From the IMG/VR virus record IMGVR_UViG_3300008113_000071, positions 1-64,000 of that record: 64,000 nucleotides of DNA, one strand, 5' to 3'. Every line of letters starts with the position of its first letter. Within the stretch, counting starts at the first letter, position 1. The notes under the pieces were generated by a model that saw nothing but the letters and a program-made list of their open reading frames with translations, was not told the DNA's origin and made no database searches. Position numbers and translations under genes: made by a program. Positions 17,070-27,899 of the stretch are shown piece after piece. The stretch is from a virus.

Positions 17070-19654
17070 TGGCAATAATTAGATATACCAAAGATGCTAC
17101 CATACGTTATGCGTATCTAAACATCTTCCCTGATCAATTCAAAACTGATAGGGAAAAGCAGGATGAAAGCTGGATTAAGAATACAATGGACTACTTTGCA
17201 AACAAAGCTTATGCTGAGTATGTAAAGAACAGGGATACATTTGTAAAAAATTATGATTTGGTAAAAGGTATTCTTCGTATGGAGGATTTTTACCAAGAGC
17301 CTGAGGTTAAGAGTTTTACAGATATGCTTACAGCAGATCTTGCTCTTCCTGCATACGTTAAACATTATTCTATCCTAACCACTCCTATTAATGAGTTAGT
17401 TGGTGAGATATCTAAACGTCCAGATACATTTAGAGTGAAAGCTTTTGATGATGATTCTAAAGCAGAAGAACTAGAGTTTAAAACTGGTATTCTTCAGGAA
17501 TATGTTATTCAACAAGCTAAACAAAAGATATTAGAACAAGCATCTTTGTCTGGACAAGAGATTGATGAAGAACAACTTCAACAAATGACAGCAGAAGATG
17601 TTAAGGATGAATTAGATAGCTACACATCTATTGCTGAGAAGTGGGCTAATCACGTTCTTACATGTCAAAAAGCTGAGTTTAATATAAAAGAAAAATCAGA
17701 AGATTCATTCAGAGATATGCTCATCTCTGCTCGTGAGTTCTATCATATCTATGAGGATAACTCTAAAACAGGATTTAACGTAGAGGTTGCTAACCCTAAG
17801 AACACTTGGTTCCTTACTACACCAGATAGAAAATATATATCAGATCCTACAGGTAGAGCACAGGGTGCATATGCTGCAGGTATGGTGAATGTAATGGAGT
17901 TATCTGAGATTATTGAAACATTCCCTGATATTACTAAAGAGGAAATAGATCACCTTAGATCTTCTCTTCAGGATTATGGTTTGATCAACGTGAGAGAATC
18001 TAATCTTGGTAATGATGCAATTTCTCCAGGTATTGACTCTGTTCAATATGATACATTTGATCCATTAGTGTTACAAACAAGAATGATGATTGAAGGTGAG
18101 ATGAAAGAAAATAATGATGGTCTTCAGGATTTCTTAGGCTTAACTTCTAACGTATCTTCTTTTGGTTATAAATATGTTGTTGTTCGTGCGTATTGGATTT
18201 CTAAGAAAAAGATTGGTAAACTAATCTATACAGATGAAATGGGTAATGAACAATCAATCCTTGTAGATGAGAATTACAAATCAGGAACTATTCCTACACA
18301 AATCTCATTAGAATGGGGATGGATTAACCAATGGTATCAAGGTATAAAGATTGGACCAGACATCTATCACATTAAACCTTATAAGCTTCTTAATTATTGT
18401 CCTATCATTGGTATAACCCACGAGGTTAAAAATACAGAAGCAAAATCATTAGTAGATCTAATGAAACCTTTCCAAGTAATCTATAATGTTTGTATGAATC
18501 AATTATACAAATTATTAGAGAAAGAAGTTGGTAAGGTGCAATTAATGTCTATTAGACATATTCCTATTCCTAAAGATGGAGATGCACAAGATGCATTGGA
18601 TGTATGGGAAATGGAAGCACGTAACAGAGGTGTTGTGTTTATTGATGATTCTCCTGAGAACTTGAAGAGTCCATCTAGCTTTAATCAATTTACAAGCTTA
18701 GACCTTACACGTACACAAGAGATTCAAGCTAGATATACATTAGCACAACAAATTAAGAATGAGTGTTGGGAACTTATAGGTATGTCTAGACAGCGTATGG
18801 GATCTATCTCAGCGTCTGAATCTGCTACAGGTACACAAACTGCTATTCAACAATCATACTCTCAGACAGAGCCTCTATTCGTGGCACACGAGTATGTATT
18901 AGGTCAGTTATACCAAGCAATCATCGATGCTGCATTATATGTTGAAAGTGCTAAACCACAATCAACCCTAAGTTACATCACTTCTGAAGGAGAATCTGCA
19001 TTCGTACAAGTGAATGGTTCTGATTTGAAATTCAGAGATTTGAAAGTGTTCTTGACTAATCGTCCTGAGGATACACAAATGTTTAATGAGCTTCGTCAAT
19101 TGGCACAACCTTTGATGCAGAATGGTGGAAGCTTGTATGATGTTATTGAATTATATTCTACCAAGTCTATGAGACAAATGAAGAAAACCTTCAAAACTCT
19201 TAGAGATAAACAAGAAGCAATGCAACAACAGCAAATTCAACAACAGCAACAACAAATTGAACAATCTGGTAAAATTGCTCAGGCTCAATTAGCACAAGCT
19301 GAACAAATGAAACAGCAAGATATTGCTCATGAGGATTACCAAAATGAGTTAGATAGAATCAATAAGAAAGAAATTGCTCTTATTAATGCTGAATCTAAAT
19401 CAGGTCCTCTATCTGATATTGACATGAGTGGAACTCCTGATGTATTAGAATTAAATAAGCTTGCTAGTGATCAATCTAAAGCAATGAAAGATTATGAGAT
19501 GAAGATGGCTCAGATTAACTCTCAGAATCAACAAGCTGTTAATAAATTAGAAATAGAAAGAGAAAAATTAAAGGTTGCTAGAGAGAATCAAGCAAACGAT
19601 TTAGCAGTGGCTAAAGAGAATGCAAAGGGTAGAGCAAACAAAAAATCAAAATAG
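17069..19654 (+). CDS. portal protein (crAss-type)
   Basis: 861 aa directly after TerL; SLVDLMKPFQVIYN, ELIGMSRQRMG, Q-rich coiled C-terminus. Confidence 0.88.
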   Translation: MAIIRYTKDATIRYAYLNIFPDQFKTDREKQDESWIKNTMDYFANKAYAEYVKNRDTFVKNYDLVKGILRMEDFYQEPEVKSFTDMLTADLALPAYVKHYSILTTPINELVGEISKRPDTFRVKAFDDDSKAEELEFKTGILQEYVIQQAKQKILEQASLSGQEIDEEQLQQMTAEDVKDELDSYTSIAEKWANHVLTCQKAEFNIKEKSEDSFRDMLISAREFYHIYEDNSKTGFNVEVANPKNTWFLTTPDRKYISDPTGRAQGAYAAGMVNVMELSEIIETFPDITKEEIDHLRSSLQDYGLINVRESNLGNDAISPGIDSVQYDTFDPLVLQTRMMIEGEMKENNDGLQDFLGLTSNVSSFGYKYVVVRAYWISKKKIGKLIYTDEMGNEQSILVDENYKSGTIPTQISLEWGWINQWYQGIKIGPDIYHIKPYKLLNYCPIIGITHEVKNTEAKSLVDLMKPFQVIYNVCMNQLYKLLEKEVGKVQLMSIRHIPIPKDGDAQDALDVWEMEARNRGVVFIDDSPENLKSPSSFNQFTSLDLTRTQEIQARYTLAQQIKNECWELIGMSRQRMGSISASESATGTQTAIQQSYSQTEPLFVAHEYVLGQLYQAIIDAALYVESAKPQSTLSYITSEGESAFVQVNGSDLKFRDLKVFLTNRPEDTQMFNELRQLAQPLMQNGGSLYDVIELYSTKSMRQMKKTFKTLRDKQEAMQQQQIQQQQQQIEQSGKIAQAQLAQAEQMKQQDIAHEDYQNELDRINKKEIALINAESKSGPLSDIDMSGTPDVLELNKLASDQSKAMKDYEMKMAQINSQNQQAVNKLEIEREKLKVARENQANDLAVAKENAKGRANKKSK

Positions 19655-19730
19655 GTTAACCTTTTTGATTAGAAGAAAAAATATTAATGCTATATTATTT
19701 TGAAAATATAAGCAGAAGTATATATAACTC

Positions 19731-19761
19731 TTTGTTATTCAACTAATCTTGCATAATTTTA
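19731..19761 (+). promoter_or_regulatory. Bacteroidetes-type promoter for capsid genes
   Basis: TTTG - 19 nt - TAATTTTA. Confidence 0.55.
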
Positions 19762-19792
19762 CATTACAAACCAAAATAAAAAAGAACTACAT

Positions 19793-21058
19793 ATGGCTGA
19801 AAACTTAGATAATCCTTCATTTGGAGGTAACTTTGGTATACAGGATACTATGGAAATGGGCTTAGGTAACGCAGAACTATTAAATGATTTGCTAGGACCT
19901 GACACCACAACTAGTAGTCCTGATGATCTTCAAGATATTGTTAAAGAGGTTGAAGATCCTGCACCAGCAAAAACAAAACCTGCTGCTGCTAAAACTATTG
20001 GAGATGATATTGTTGAGAAATCAACAGACAAATCTGATGAGGATAAAAAACAAGATCTGACAGATTTCTTATTAGGAGATCCTGAAGATGGAGAAGAAGA
20101 TACTGATGATGCTCCTGTTGCAAAACCTGCAGAAAAAGCTGAATCAGAAGAAGAAGATGTTGAGGATGTTGCATCAACTAAATTTGAAGCTTTAGCAAAT
20201 GACCTATTTAACTTAGGTGTATTTACTAAGGATGATGAAGATGAAGATATTGCTATCAACACTCCTGAAGAGTTTCTTGAAAGATTCCAAGCTGAAAAGA
20301 AAAAGGGTGCAATTGAAGTGGTTAATAACTTCATTGGACAATTTGGAGAAGATTATCAACAAGCATTTGATGCCATATTTGTAAAAGGGGTTGACCCTAA
20401 AGAGTACTTTGGTACTTATAATAATATTGCAAACTTCTCTGATATGGACCTTTCTCAGGAAGGTAATCAGGTTGCAGTTATAAAACAAGCATTGTCAGAT
20501 CAAGGTTTTGATCCTGAAGATGTTGAAACAGAAGTAGAGAGACTAAAGAATTATGGTGATCTTGAAACTGTAGCAACTAAACACCATAAAGTGTTAGTTA
20601 AAAAGGAAGCTCAAAAGCTTGCTCAATTAGAACAAAAGGCTGAAGTTGAATTACAACAGAAAGCTGCAATTAAAAACCAATACATACAAAACGTTCAGAC
20701 TATCCTACAAGATAAGCTGAAAGCTAAAGAGTTTGATGGTATTCCATTAAATCCTAAAATAGCTGGTGAACTACAAGACTTCCTTTTGGTAGATAAGTAC
20801 AAAACAAATTCTGGTGAAACATTAACAGACTTTGATCGTACTATTCTAGAGTTAAAGAGACCTGAGAACCATGCTATGAAGGTTAAACTTGGATTACTCT
20901 TAAAGATCTTAGAAAAAGATCCAACACTCTCTACAATTCAAAAGACTGGTGTAACAAAAAAATCAAATGAATTATTTGGTCAGGTTGCTAGACAGGTTGA
21001 GAAAAGTGCTACAAAAGGAAATAAGTCAAGTGGTAACCCAACATCCTGGTTCCAATAA
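19793..21058 (+). CDS. scaffold-like protein between portal and MCP
   Basis: Acidic disordered N-terminal half, helical C-terminal half; conserved crAss-like position. Confidence 0.7.
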   Translation: MAENLDNPSFGGNFGIQDTMEMGLGNAELLNDLLGPDTTTSSPDDLQDIVKEVEDPAPAKTKPAAAKTIGDDIVEKSTDKSDEDKKQDLTDFLLGDPEDGEEDTDDAPVAKPAEKAESEEEDVEDVASTKFEALANDLFNLGVFTKDDEDEDIAINTPEEFLERFQAEKKKGAIEVVNNFIGQFGEDYQQAFDAIFVKGVDPKEYFGTYNNIANFSDMDLSQEGNQVAVIKQALSDQGFDPEDVETEVERLKNYGDLETVATKHHKVLVKKEAQKLAQLEQKAEVELQQKAAIKNQYIQNVQTILQDKLKAKEFDGIPLNPKIAGELQDFLLVDKYKTNSGETLTDFDRTILELKRPENHAMKVKLGLLLKILEKDPTLSTIQKTGVTKKSNELFGQVARQVEKSATKGNKSSGNPTSWFQ

Positions 21059-21091
21059 TTTTTTAAACAATAATCTAAAAAGAATAACAAA

Positions 21092-22654
21092 ATGGCAATT
21101 CAAACAATCCCAGGTCTAACTGGTTTTACTTATGCTCGTGTTGCGTCTATGGACAAACGTGCTGTTGGTAAACTAACTGACTCAAATCACTTGGAGTCTT
21201 TCCACTCCACTGAGCCTGCTGATTATGACAAAAAGATCATCTCTTTGTATACTCAGAGCTCATTGTACAGTAATGATTTCTTGGACATGATCAACAAGAG
21301 CACACCTTATTACATTGATAATAACAGTGATGCTTGGAAATGGCAAGTTCAGGTTCCTTACAAATTCCCTAAAATCATTGACATCACTGATTCAACTGCA
21401 GCTTTAATCCTTGCAGGTAAAACAGGTATCGATGGCCAAGAGTTCACTTTAGTATTAGATACTAATGAGTTCTCTAAAAATGCTATCGTTTCTGTAGGTA
21501 CTCGTCAATATGGTCCACGTTTCTACGTGATCAAAGATCCTCAACCATTCAACATTGGTTACTTGTACACCTTCACTTTGGTTACTGATAACCCAACTGT
21601 AGATTTCGTTAATCCAGTGTTCTTACAAGCTGGTGTGGAATTAGAGTTAGTTGATGCTGCTATTGGTGAGTTTGATCAAGACTTATTAGGTCTTCCTCGT
21701 TTAGGTGAGCAAATCACTATGTTCGAATCTTTAGGTTCTGCATATGGTTTTGAGCACAAAATCACTGAGTGGGCTGATGACAAGATGATGCGTGATGCTT
21801 CTGGTAAGCCACTTGACATTTTAGTTTATGCTCCTCAACGTCGTAACCAATTACCTTTAACTCGTAATGATGTTAAATGGGAACCATTCATTGAGTTCTG
21901 GATGCGTAAATCTATGTTAGAATTAAAAGTTAAACGTATGATCTGGTCTAAACCAGGTACTGTTAAAACTAATGGTTCTAAACAAGAGTTAAAACGTACT
22001 TCAGCTGGTGTTTACCACAGAATGCGTAACAATGGTAACTTAGTACAGTACAATCGTGGAGAGTTCTCTGCAAACTTAATTCGTGCTGTCTTTGGAGATT
22101 TGTTCTATCGTCGTGTGGATGTTAAAGATCGTCGTGTTAAAATGTACACTAACGAGGCTGGTTTTGACGTATTCCAACAAGCTTTAAAAACTGACGCTTT
22201 AAATTCAGGTTTAACTTTCATGGCTGATTCTGGTAATCGCTACATGCAAGGAGAAGGTCAACACATCACTTACAACTTTGCATTCGATGCAATGGTTACT
22301 CGTGAGACTGGTCGTGTTGAATTGATCCACTTGAAAGAATTAGATTTACCACAATCTAACTTAGAATTTGGTCAGAACAAAAAATCTACTCCAGTATTCA
22401 TGGTATTTGATGTATCTCCAATGAGCGATGGTTCTATGGTGAACAACATTCGTGAAGTACGTATGAAGGGTGCTCCTTCTATGACTTGGGGTTATATCGA
22501 TGGAACTCGTCATCACTTAGGTTTTGCTAAATCTCAAGGTATGAGCTCTGCGAATAAATTCCCAGGATACGAAATCTGGATGAAAGATCGTTGCGATGTA
22601 TTCATTGAGGACTTGTCTCGTACAGTTCTTATTGAGGAAATCCCACAATTCTAA
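21092..22654 (+). CDS. major capsid protein (crAss-type)
   Basis: 520 aa with strongly biased codons; LTDSNHL near the N-terminus, YTNEAG, conserved synteny. Confidence 0.9.
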   Translation: MAIQTIPGLTGFTYARVASMDKRAVGKLTDSNHLESFHSTEPADYDKKIISLYTQSSLYSNDFLDMINKSTPYYIDNNSDAWKWQVQVPYKFPKIIDITDSTAALILAGKTGIDGQEFTLVLDTNEFSKNAIVSVGTRQYGPRFYVIKDPQPFNIGYLYTFTLVTDNPTVDFVNPVFLQAGVELELVDAAIGEFDQDLLGLPRLGEQITMFESLGSAYGFEHKITEWADDKMMRDASGKPLDILVYAPQRRNQLPLTRNDVKWEPFIEFWMRKSMLELKVKRMIWSKPGTVKTNGSKQELKRTSAGVYHRMRNNGNLVQYNRGEFSANLIRAVFGDLFYRRVDVKDRRVKMYTNEAGFDVFQQALKTDALNSGLTFMADSGNRYMQGEGQHITYNFAFDAMVTRETGRVELIHLKELDLPQSNLEFGQNKKSTPVFMVFDVSPMSDGSMVNNIREVRMKGAPSMTWGYIDGTRHHLGFAKSQGMSSANKFPGYEIWMKDRCDVFIEDLSRTVLIEEIPQF

Positions 22655-22660
22655 TCCCCT

Positions 22661-22797
22661 CTAAGGATAGTATCCTTAGACAATACTGAGAAGAACGCTC
22701 CCCTCATCCTGTCCCACCTGGAGGGGAGCACTTCTCAAACTACAGAGTGATGAATGAATCAAATGTTCATTGCATACCCTTCGATGGGAACACTCTG
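22661..22797 (+). ncRNA. structured intergenic RNA downstream of MCP
   Basis: Hairpin CTAAGGAT/ATCCTTAG; long hairpin TGAGAAG..GCTCCCCTC/GAGGGGAGC..CTTCTCA; three-way junction closed by CAGAGTG/CACTCTG. Confidence 0.55.
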
Positions 22798-22829
22798 CAA
22801 ATATAAACCAAACAATAATTAAACTACAT

Positions 22830-23798
22830 ATGGGTAAGATAGGAAAAATCTCAACTTTAAAAAGAGAGTATAATAGCTCTCAGTTGCAAACAATGCAAGC
22901 TGGACTTGCTGCTGTAGGTATGACAAGGATTCCTGGAACAGGAGTTTTTAAATATCCTTACAAAGAACTTGATGGTCAGTATAGAACAGGACTAGATCCT
23001 AATGCTGCTTACATCAGACGCATTGGTGATTCTCTAGAAAGAGAAATGGAAATTGAACGTGTTACAGCTCTTAAGGCTAAGCTTGAACTTGCTTTAGGTG
23101 ATATTGACTTAGGTCCTCGTTCACAGTTCTGGAACTATGGTTTGTCTACATCAACAGAAGATACTCTTCACGTACAAGCTGTTAAATTGCTTGATAGTGA
23201 TAACTTCTTTGATTTAAGCAATCCTTTTCAAGAGTTAGCTTTTGCTTGGTTACGTGTTCATCCAACCATCGCTTCTAGCTATCAAGCTTGGGAACGTGGT
23301 GAATATCCAGCAGATACACAATTCTATGTAGCTGATGATGAAATTGAAAATGCTGTTATCTATAAGAAGAAACAGTTAATTAACAAAGCTATTGTGAAGT
23401 TTGATGCTATGACTCCTGAGAAGAAACGCAAGGTTGCTCGTCAATTAGGACTTCCAATCACTGATGATACTAGGGAAGAAGTTGTTTACAATCAAGTGGA
23501 TAACATTCTTAAACAAACAGAAATGAAAGGTGGAAACTTCCAAGGACTAAGTCCTATTGAAGTGTTCAACAGATTTGCTGACATGAAGGAAAACTTACTC
23601 CATATTAAAGATTTAATTAAACAAGCTACAACGCACTCAATCTATAGAATCAAAGCTAATGGCAGAATCTATGAAGGAGAGTTTGAAGTTGCTAAAGATG
23701 AAGAAGAATTAATTAGATTCTTATCTGATGATGATAATCAAGACGAACTAATTACTCTAGAACAAAAATTGAAAACTAAGAAACTTGCCTCTGTATGA
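22830..23798 (+). CDS. conserved crAss-like protein downstream of MCP
   Basis: Start moved to MGKIGK (22830), which has an A-rich leader; synteny. Confidence 0.7.
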   Translation: MGKIGKISTLKREYNSSQLQTMQAGLAAVGMTRIPGTGVFKYPYKELDGQYRTGLDPNAAYIRRIGDSLEREMEIERVTALKAKLELALGDIDLGPRSQFWNYGLSTSTEDTLHVQAVKLLDSDNFFDLSNPFQELAFAWLRVHPTIASSYQAWERGEYPADTQFYVADDEIENAVIYKKKQLINKAIVKFDAMTPEKKRKVARQLGLPITDDTREEVVYNQVDNILKQTEMKGGNFQGLSPIEVFNRFADMKENLLHIKDLIKQATTHSIYRIKANGRIYEGEFEVAKDEEELIRFLSDDDNQDELITLEQKLKTKKLASV

Positions 23799-24526
23799 TC
23801 CCTGTAGATAGTTTATTATATAAAATTGACCAAAAACTAAATAAACTATCAACAAACGAGCATCAACAAATTCAGCTAGAGGATAAAATCCTTGCACTAA
23901 ATGAAGCTCAGATTAAGTTAATCAAGCAGAAGGTTGATGGTTTTAGTACAATTAGTGGTCTTGGTCTTGATGCTTTTAAGAAACGTTATCAAGATTTACA
24001 AAGTTTAGTAATTAACTATGGTAATGGTAAATTACCATTAGTTTTAAAAAATGAAGAATTAAATCAGTGGTGTGGAAACATCCATAATTTAACTCCTAAG
24101 TATATGTTCTATATAGATAGTTATATACTTGCTGATAAAGGAAGATGTAAGGATAGAAAAATCTGGATTAATCAAGACCTTGCTAAACATGGTGATCTAT
24201 CATTGTTGTTAAACAACACACATTATAGACCATCATTTGAATACCAAGAAACATTCAACTTCATCTCATCAGATGAAATAAGTATATTCACAGATGGTAC
24301 ATTTACACCTAATGATGTTTATATTTCATATATGAGATATCCTGTATATATAAATAAAGAAGGATATATAATGTTAGATGGGAAACCATCATATAACCAG
24401 GATTGCGAACTAGAGACTTACCTAGAGGATGAATTGTTAGACTTAACAGTTCAGAACCTAGCAATGTACACTGAGAACCAATCTGCTGTACAGAGTGCAC
24501 AGTTTAGAATCCAAACAAACGAGTAA
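23795..24526 (+). CDS. putative tail ring / head-tail connector protein
   Basis: LALNEAQ...ISYMRYP...CEL...DELLDL pattern of connector/ring proteins. Confidence 0.65.
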   Translation: MIPVDSLLYKIDQKLNKLSTNEHQQIQLEDKILALNEAQIKLIKQKVDGFSTISGLGLDAFKKRYQDLQSLVINYGNGKLPLVLKNEELNQWCGNIHNLTPKYMFYIDSYILADKGRCKDRKIWINQDLAKHGDLSLLLNNTHYRPSFEYQETFNFISSDEISIFTDGTFTPNDVYISYMRYPVYINKEGYIMLDGKPSYNQDCELETYLEDELLDLTVQNLAMYTENQSAVQSAQFRIQTNE

Positions 24527-24551
24527 TTATTCACAATTAAATAAATAAAAA

Positions 24552-25727
24552 ATGGCTGATTTTTCATTAACCACGTTATTCGTGGTGCCAGTAGGACAAA
24601 CAACTGTTCCTAGCTCTGGTTCAACACAAGACTTGACTGCTGGTCAGGTTGGTATTTTCTTAAATGATTATAGCGCAGCAACTGCAGTTAATATTGCAGC
24701 AGCTCCCTATTTTTATGTAGCTCAAGGTAGACAAAACACCTATCTTCAAGGCTCAAAACGCTCTGATAAAATTAAAGGTTGCCCATCTGGTTCAGGTTGC
24801 AACTCTAACGTAACTGAGTGGTACAAAGTAACTGGTTGCCCAACTGCAGCAAACCAAGTAACTGAAGTGGGTGGCTGGAATGTTAAATGTGGCGATATCG
24901 TTACTTTAACTCTTCGTGGTTTCTCTAGCTACATTAACACTTTGTATTTCAATGGTTTCACTCGTTCAGTAACTGTACAAGCTCCTTGCTGCGATTGTGG
25001 TGGTGATCCTTGTGATACTGTTGATGTTCCAGCATTGATCGACCAATTCATTCTTAAGTTAAGAGCTCAAGCTCCAGGTAACAACCCTGACAACATTAGC
25101 TTCAACACTTTCTACGATTTCCAACGTGTAGGTAATGATGCAAATGCTTTGTTAGTTATTACTGGTAAACCTCTAACTGTTTATGGTCAACCATGTGATG
25201 TTGCTGCATTCCCTTACGAATATGACAGATTCTACTTCAGAACTTTCGTATACTCTGGTCCTGCAACCACTGCTGACTTTATTGTTGCTGATAACTGTAA
25301 CATTGTTGCTGATTCTGTAATCACTCAACGTTCTTCTTTCCCAACTGGACAATCTGCAGAGATTCAACAATTAGAGAAAAACTATTACAGCTACCAAGCA
25401 GGTTACTTAAAACACCTTTACAGAATGGTTGGATACAACGAGAACTTCGAGTCTTATGTATCTACTGGTGTAACTTATGATACTTACTACATTCGTTTCA
25501 ACGAATATAACAAATCTGAGTATCAGTGGGGTGATTACATTATGGAAGATAGCACTGTTATCATTGCTGCTCCAAATGCTGATGTTAGTGGTATTGCTGC
25601 TGCATTAGAAACAATTTTAGAAGCTGCTTTAGGTACTGTAGGAGGTGATACTGTTTGTATTACTACAACTTCAACCACCACTACTATCTGGCCTACAACT
25701 AGCACCACTTCAACTAATATCCCATAA
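24552..25727 (+). CDS. abundant structural protein (auxiliary capsid-like) with poly-Thr tail
   Basis: MCP-like codon bias, Cys-rich; ends CITTTSTTTTIWPTTSTTSTNIP. Confidence 0.65.
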   Translation: MADFSLTTLFVVPVGQTTVPSSGSTQDLTAGQVGIFLNDYSAATAVNIAAAPYFYVAQGRQNTYLQGSKRSDKIKGCPSGSGCNSNVTEWYKVTGCPTAANQVTEVGGWNVKCGDIVTLTLRGFSSYINTLYFNGFTRSVTVQAPCCDCGGDPCDTVDVPALIDQFILKLRAQAPGNNPDNISFNTFYDFQRVGNDANALLVITGKPLTVYGQPCDVAAFPYEYDRFYFRTFVYSGPATTADFIVADNCNIVADSVITQRSSFPTGQSAEIQQLEKNYYSYQAGYLKHLYRMVGYNENFESYVSTGVTYDTYYIRFNEYNKSEYQWGDYIMEDSTVIIAAPNADVSGIAAALETILEAALGTVGGDTVCITTTSTTTTIWPTTSTTSTNIP

Positions 25728-25765
25728 TCTAGGGCTATAGTAGAAACAATTAAATAACATAACCT

Positions 25766-25814
25766 ATGCCAGAGGGTGAGAGGATCTTTCTCAAAATCCT
25801 CTGGCATTTTTTTT
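25766..25814 (+). terminator. intrinsic terminator
   Basis: ATGCCAGAGG...CCTCTGGCAT stem followed by a T-tract. Confidence 0.75.
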
Positions 25815-25823
25815 AAGTGTAAG

Positions 25824-26390
25824 ATGGCAGATTTAAAACTAGACATATTAGTAATTCCAACATACAACGTACTTACATTAGGTATTGCTGATGCTTCAAC
25901 ATACCCTACTGATCCCCCTGTTGTATCTTCTCCAACATTAAATGTAACTGTCCCTGGATTTGGGGAAACTAGTTTACCTTTCACTGTTAACGATTTCAAC
26001 ATCCTCACTTCATCTAACTTAGGAATAACACCTGTAGGTGATCCTTTGTTACCATTGCCTGATGGTATTTGGAAGTTTAAATACACAGTTACTCCTGCAT
26101 ATATTAATTTCGTAGAGAAAACTTTCATGCGCACTGAAATAATCCAGGAGAAATTTGATACAGCTTTCATGAAACTTGATATGATGGAATGTGATAGAGC
26201 TATTAGAACTCAAGCTAAAGTTGATCTAAACTCTATTTATTTCTTTATTCAAGGATCTATTGCTGCTGCAAATAAGTGTGCTGTTGATGAATCAAATAGA
26301 TTATACAATCAGGCAGACATGATGTTAAATAACTTTATTAGAAACAATTGTGGTTGTTCAGGAAACAACTACATTAATAACTTCTATTAA
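25824..26390 (+). CDS. structural protein
   Basis: Start moved to MADLKL; LPDGIWKFKY, C-terminal CGC. Confidence 0.65.
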   Translation: MADLKLDILVIPTYNVLTLGIADASTYPTDPPVVSSPTLNVTVPGFGETSLPFTVNDFNILTSSNLGITPVGDPLLPLPDGIWKFKYTVTPAYINFVEKTFMRTEIIQEKFDTAFMKLDMMECDRAIRTQAKVDLNSIYFFIQGSIAAANKCAVDESNRLYNQADMMLNNFIRNNCGCSGNNYINNFY

Positions 26391-26391
26391 T

Positions 26392-26526
26392 ATGGCACAG
26401 TGCTCTAAATGTGGTGCAAAGGTTGGATGTAGCTGTCAGCTAATCAAAGGTCTTTGTACTTATTGTAGTAAAGCTGCTCAGAAGGCAGCACAAAACTCTA
26501 AATATGTTGCAGTCAAGCTTAACTAA
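26392..26526 (+). CDS. small Cys-rich protein (44 aa)
   Basis: Not in track. MAQCSKCGAKVGCSCQLIKGLCTYCSK...; starts 1 nt after the upstream stop. Confidence 0.7.
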   Translation: MAQCSKCGAKVGCSCQLIKGLCTYCSKAAQKAAQNSKYVAVKLN

Positions 26527-26770
26527 TTGTGTTGAATGTACCACTATCCCAGTGTTACTAGAGGATATAGAATGCAAGATTAAGGAATTAGCTGGCAATC
26601 TATACAATAATACTATATACTCATTAAACCTTCCAGTTAATGGTACTGTGTTTTTGGACTTATTAAACTATAAGCGTATTCTAACTTATAAGTTTTGTAA
26701 CCCAGATTATGGATTACCATTCACTGTTGATATGATTGCGAGTAGAGTAAAACTTTTAATATATAAATAA
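26504..26770 (+). CDS. structural protein
   Basis: 88 aa in the structural operon. Confidence 0.6.
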   Translation: MLQSSLTNCVECTTIPVLLEDIECKIKELAGNLYNNTIYSLNLPVNGTVFLDLLNYKRILTYKFCNPDYGLPFTVDMIASRVKLLIYK

Positions 26771-26777
26771 AACAGAC

Positions 26778-27887
26778 ATGTCATTACAAAATTGCTCAAA
26801 TTGTTATAATGGATGCACAGAGATAGTATCAGATAAGTGCGTCAGATATACAGGAATTGATGTTCCTGTTTTGGGAATTCAAACTGGGGACTCTCTTTCT
26901 TATGTTGAGCAGGCTCTAATTACATTCCTCACCTCTACCTTAGATGGTACAGGTATTAAAATAGATCTTGATCCAGCAACTCTTTGTGAGTTTGTTAGCC
27001 TTAGATTACCTACTTGTGGAGATATTACATTAGTTGATGTATTAAATGCTCTTACAGATGCTGTATGTTTCTTAAAAGATGAAGTGACAGCTCTTAATGC
27101 TAAGTTCTCTGAATTAGAACAAGGCTATCAAATTGAGTGCTTAGAAGGATCTCCTGATCCAACTAGTACATATGAAGTGCTACAAGCTACAATTAATAAA
27201 CTTTGTCAATTACAAATTGATTTAACAGCTCTTGCTTTAGATGTAGATACTAACTATGTTAAACTTGCTGATCTAAACGCATTAATTCAAGCCTACCTAA
27301 ATAGTCAATCTACTTCTGAGAATTACTCTAATAGAATGGTTCCTTACACTGTAGTTGAATACTATGGTTCATTAGCTAACTTTGATGCTTCTGGTGCAGG
27401 TTTAGGTACTTGGGCAAATATTTATTTATGTAATGGTCAGAATGGAACTCCTGATAAACGTGGTAGAATACCAGTTGGTGCTATCCAAGGAGTTCCTGGT
27501 CTTGGTTTAAATCCTATTGTAGATCCAACAGTTCCTGGTAATCCAAACTATGCTATTTATACTACAAGTGGAGCAAACACTGTAACCCTTACAACAAATC
27601 AAATTCCTTCACATACACATAATAATACAGTAAGTCTTATTGATCCACAACACACACATAATTGGGGATATGGAAGAGAAGGAGATGATAATGCTAGTGG
27701 TAACTCTTATGATGAGTTTACATTAACTCCTGGATTAAATGGTGGTCTAGGAACTTCTCCAGTTTTACCAAATTCTACAGGTATAACTGTTAGTATATCA
27801 AATGCTGCTCAAGGTGGTGGACAATCTCATAATAACATTCCTCCTGTGTTAGCTTGTTATTACATTATGTATATCCCTGCTCCTTAA
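26778..27887 (+). CDS. tail fibre-like protein with collar domain
   Basis: LCNGQNGTPDKRGR, TLTTNQIPSHTH, SHNNIPP..YIM collar/fibre motifs after a coiled coil. Confidence 0.8.
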   Translation: MSLQNCSNCYNGCTEIVSDKCVRYTGIDVPVLGIQTGDSLSYVEQALITFLTSTLDGTGIKIDLDPATLCEFVSLRLPTCGDITLVDVLNALTDAVCFLKDEVTALNAKFSELEQGYQIECLEGSPDPTSTYEVLQATINKLCQLQIDLTALALDVDTNYVKLADLNALIQAYLNSQSTSENYSNRMVPYTVVEYYGSLANFDASGAGLGTWANIYLCNGQNGTPDKRGRIPVGAIQGVPGLGLNPIVDPTVPGNPNYAIYTTSGANTVTLTTNQIPSHTHNNTVSLIDPQHTHNWGYGREGDDNASGNSYDEFTLTPGLNGGLGTSPVLPNSTGITVSISNAAQGGGQSHNNIPPVLACYYIMYIPAP

Positions 27888-27899
27888 TAATAAAAACCT

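Noticed and set aside
22743-22800. tRNA gene
   Set aside because: 55 nt with only two arms and no canonical T-arm; kept as a generic structured RNA.
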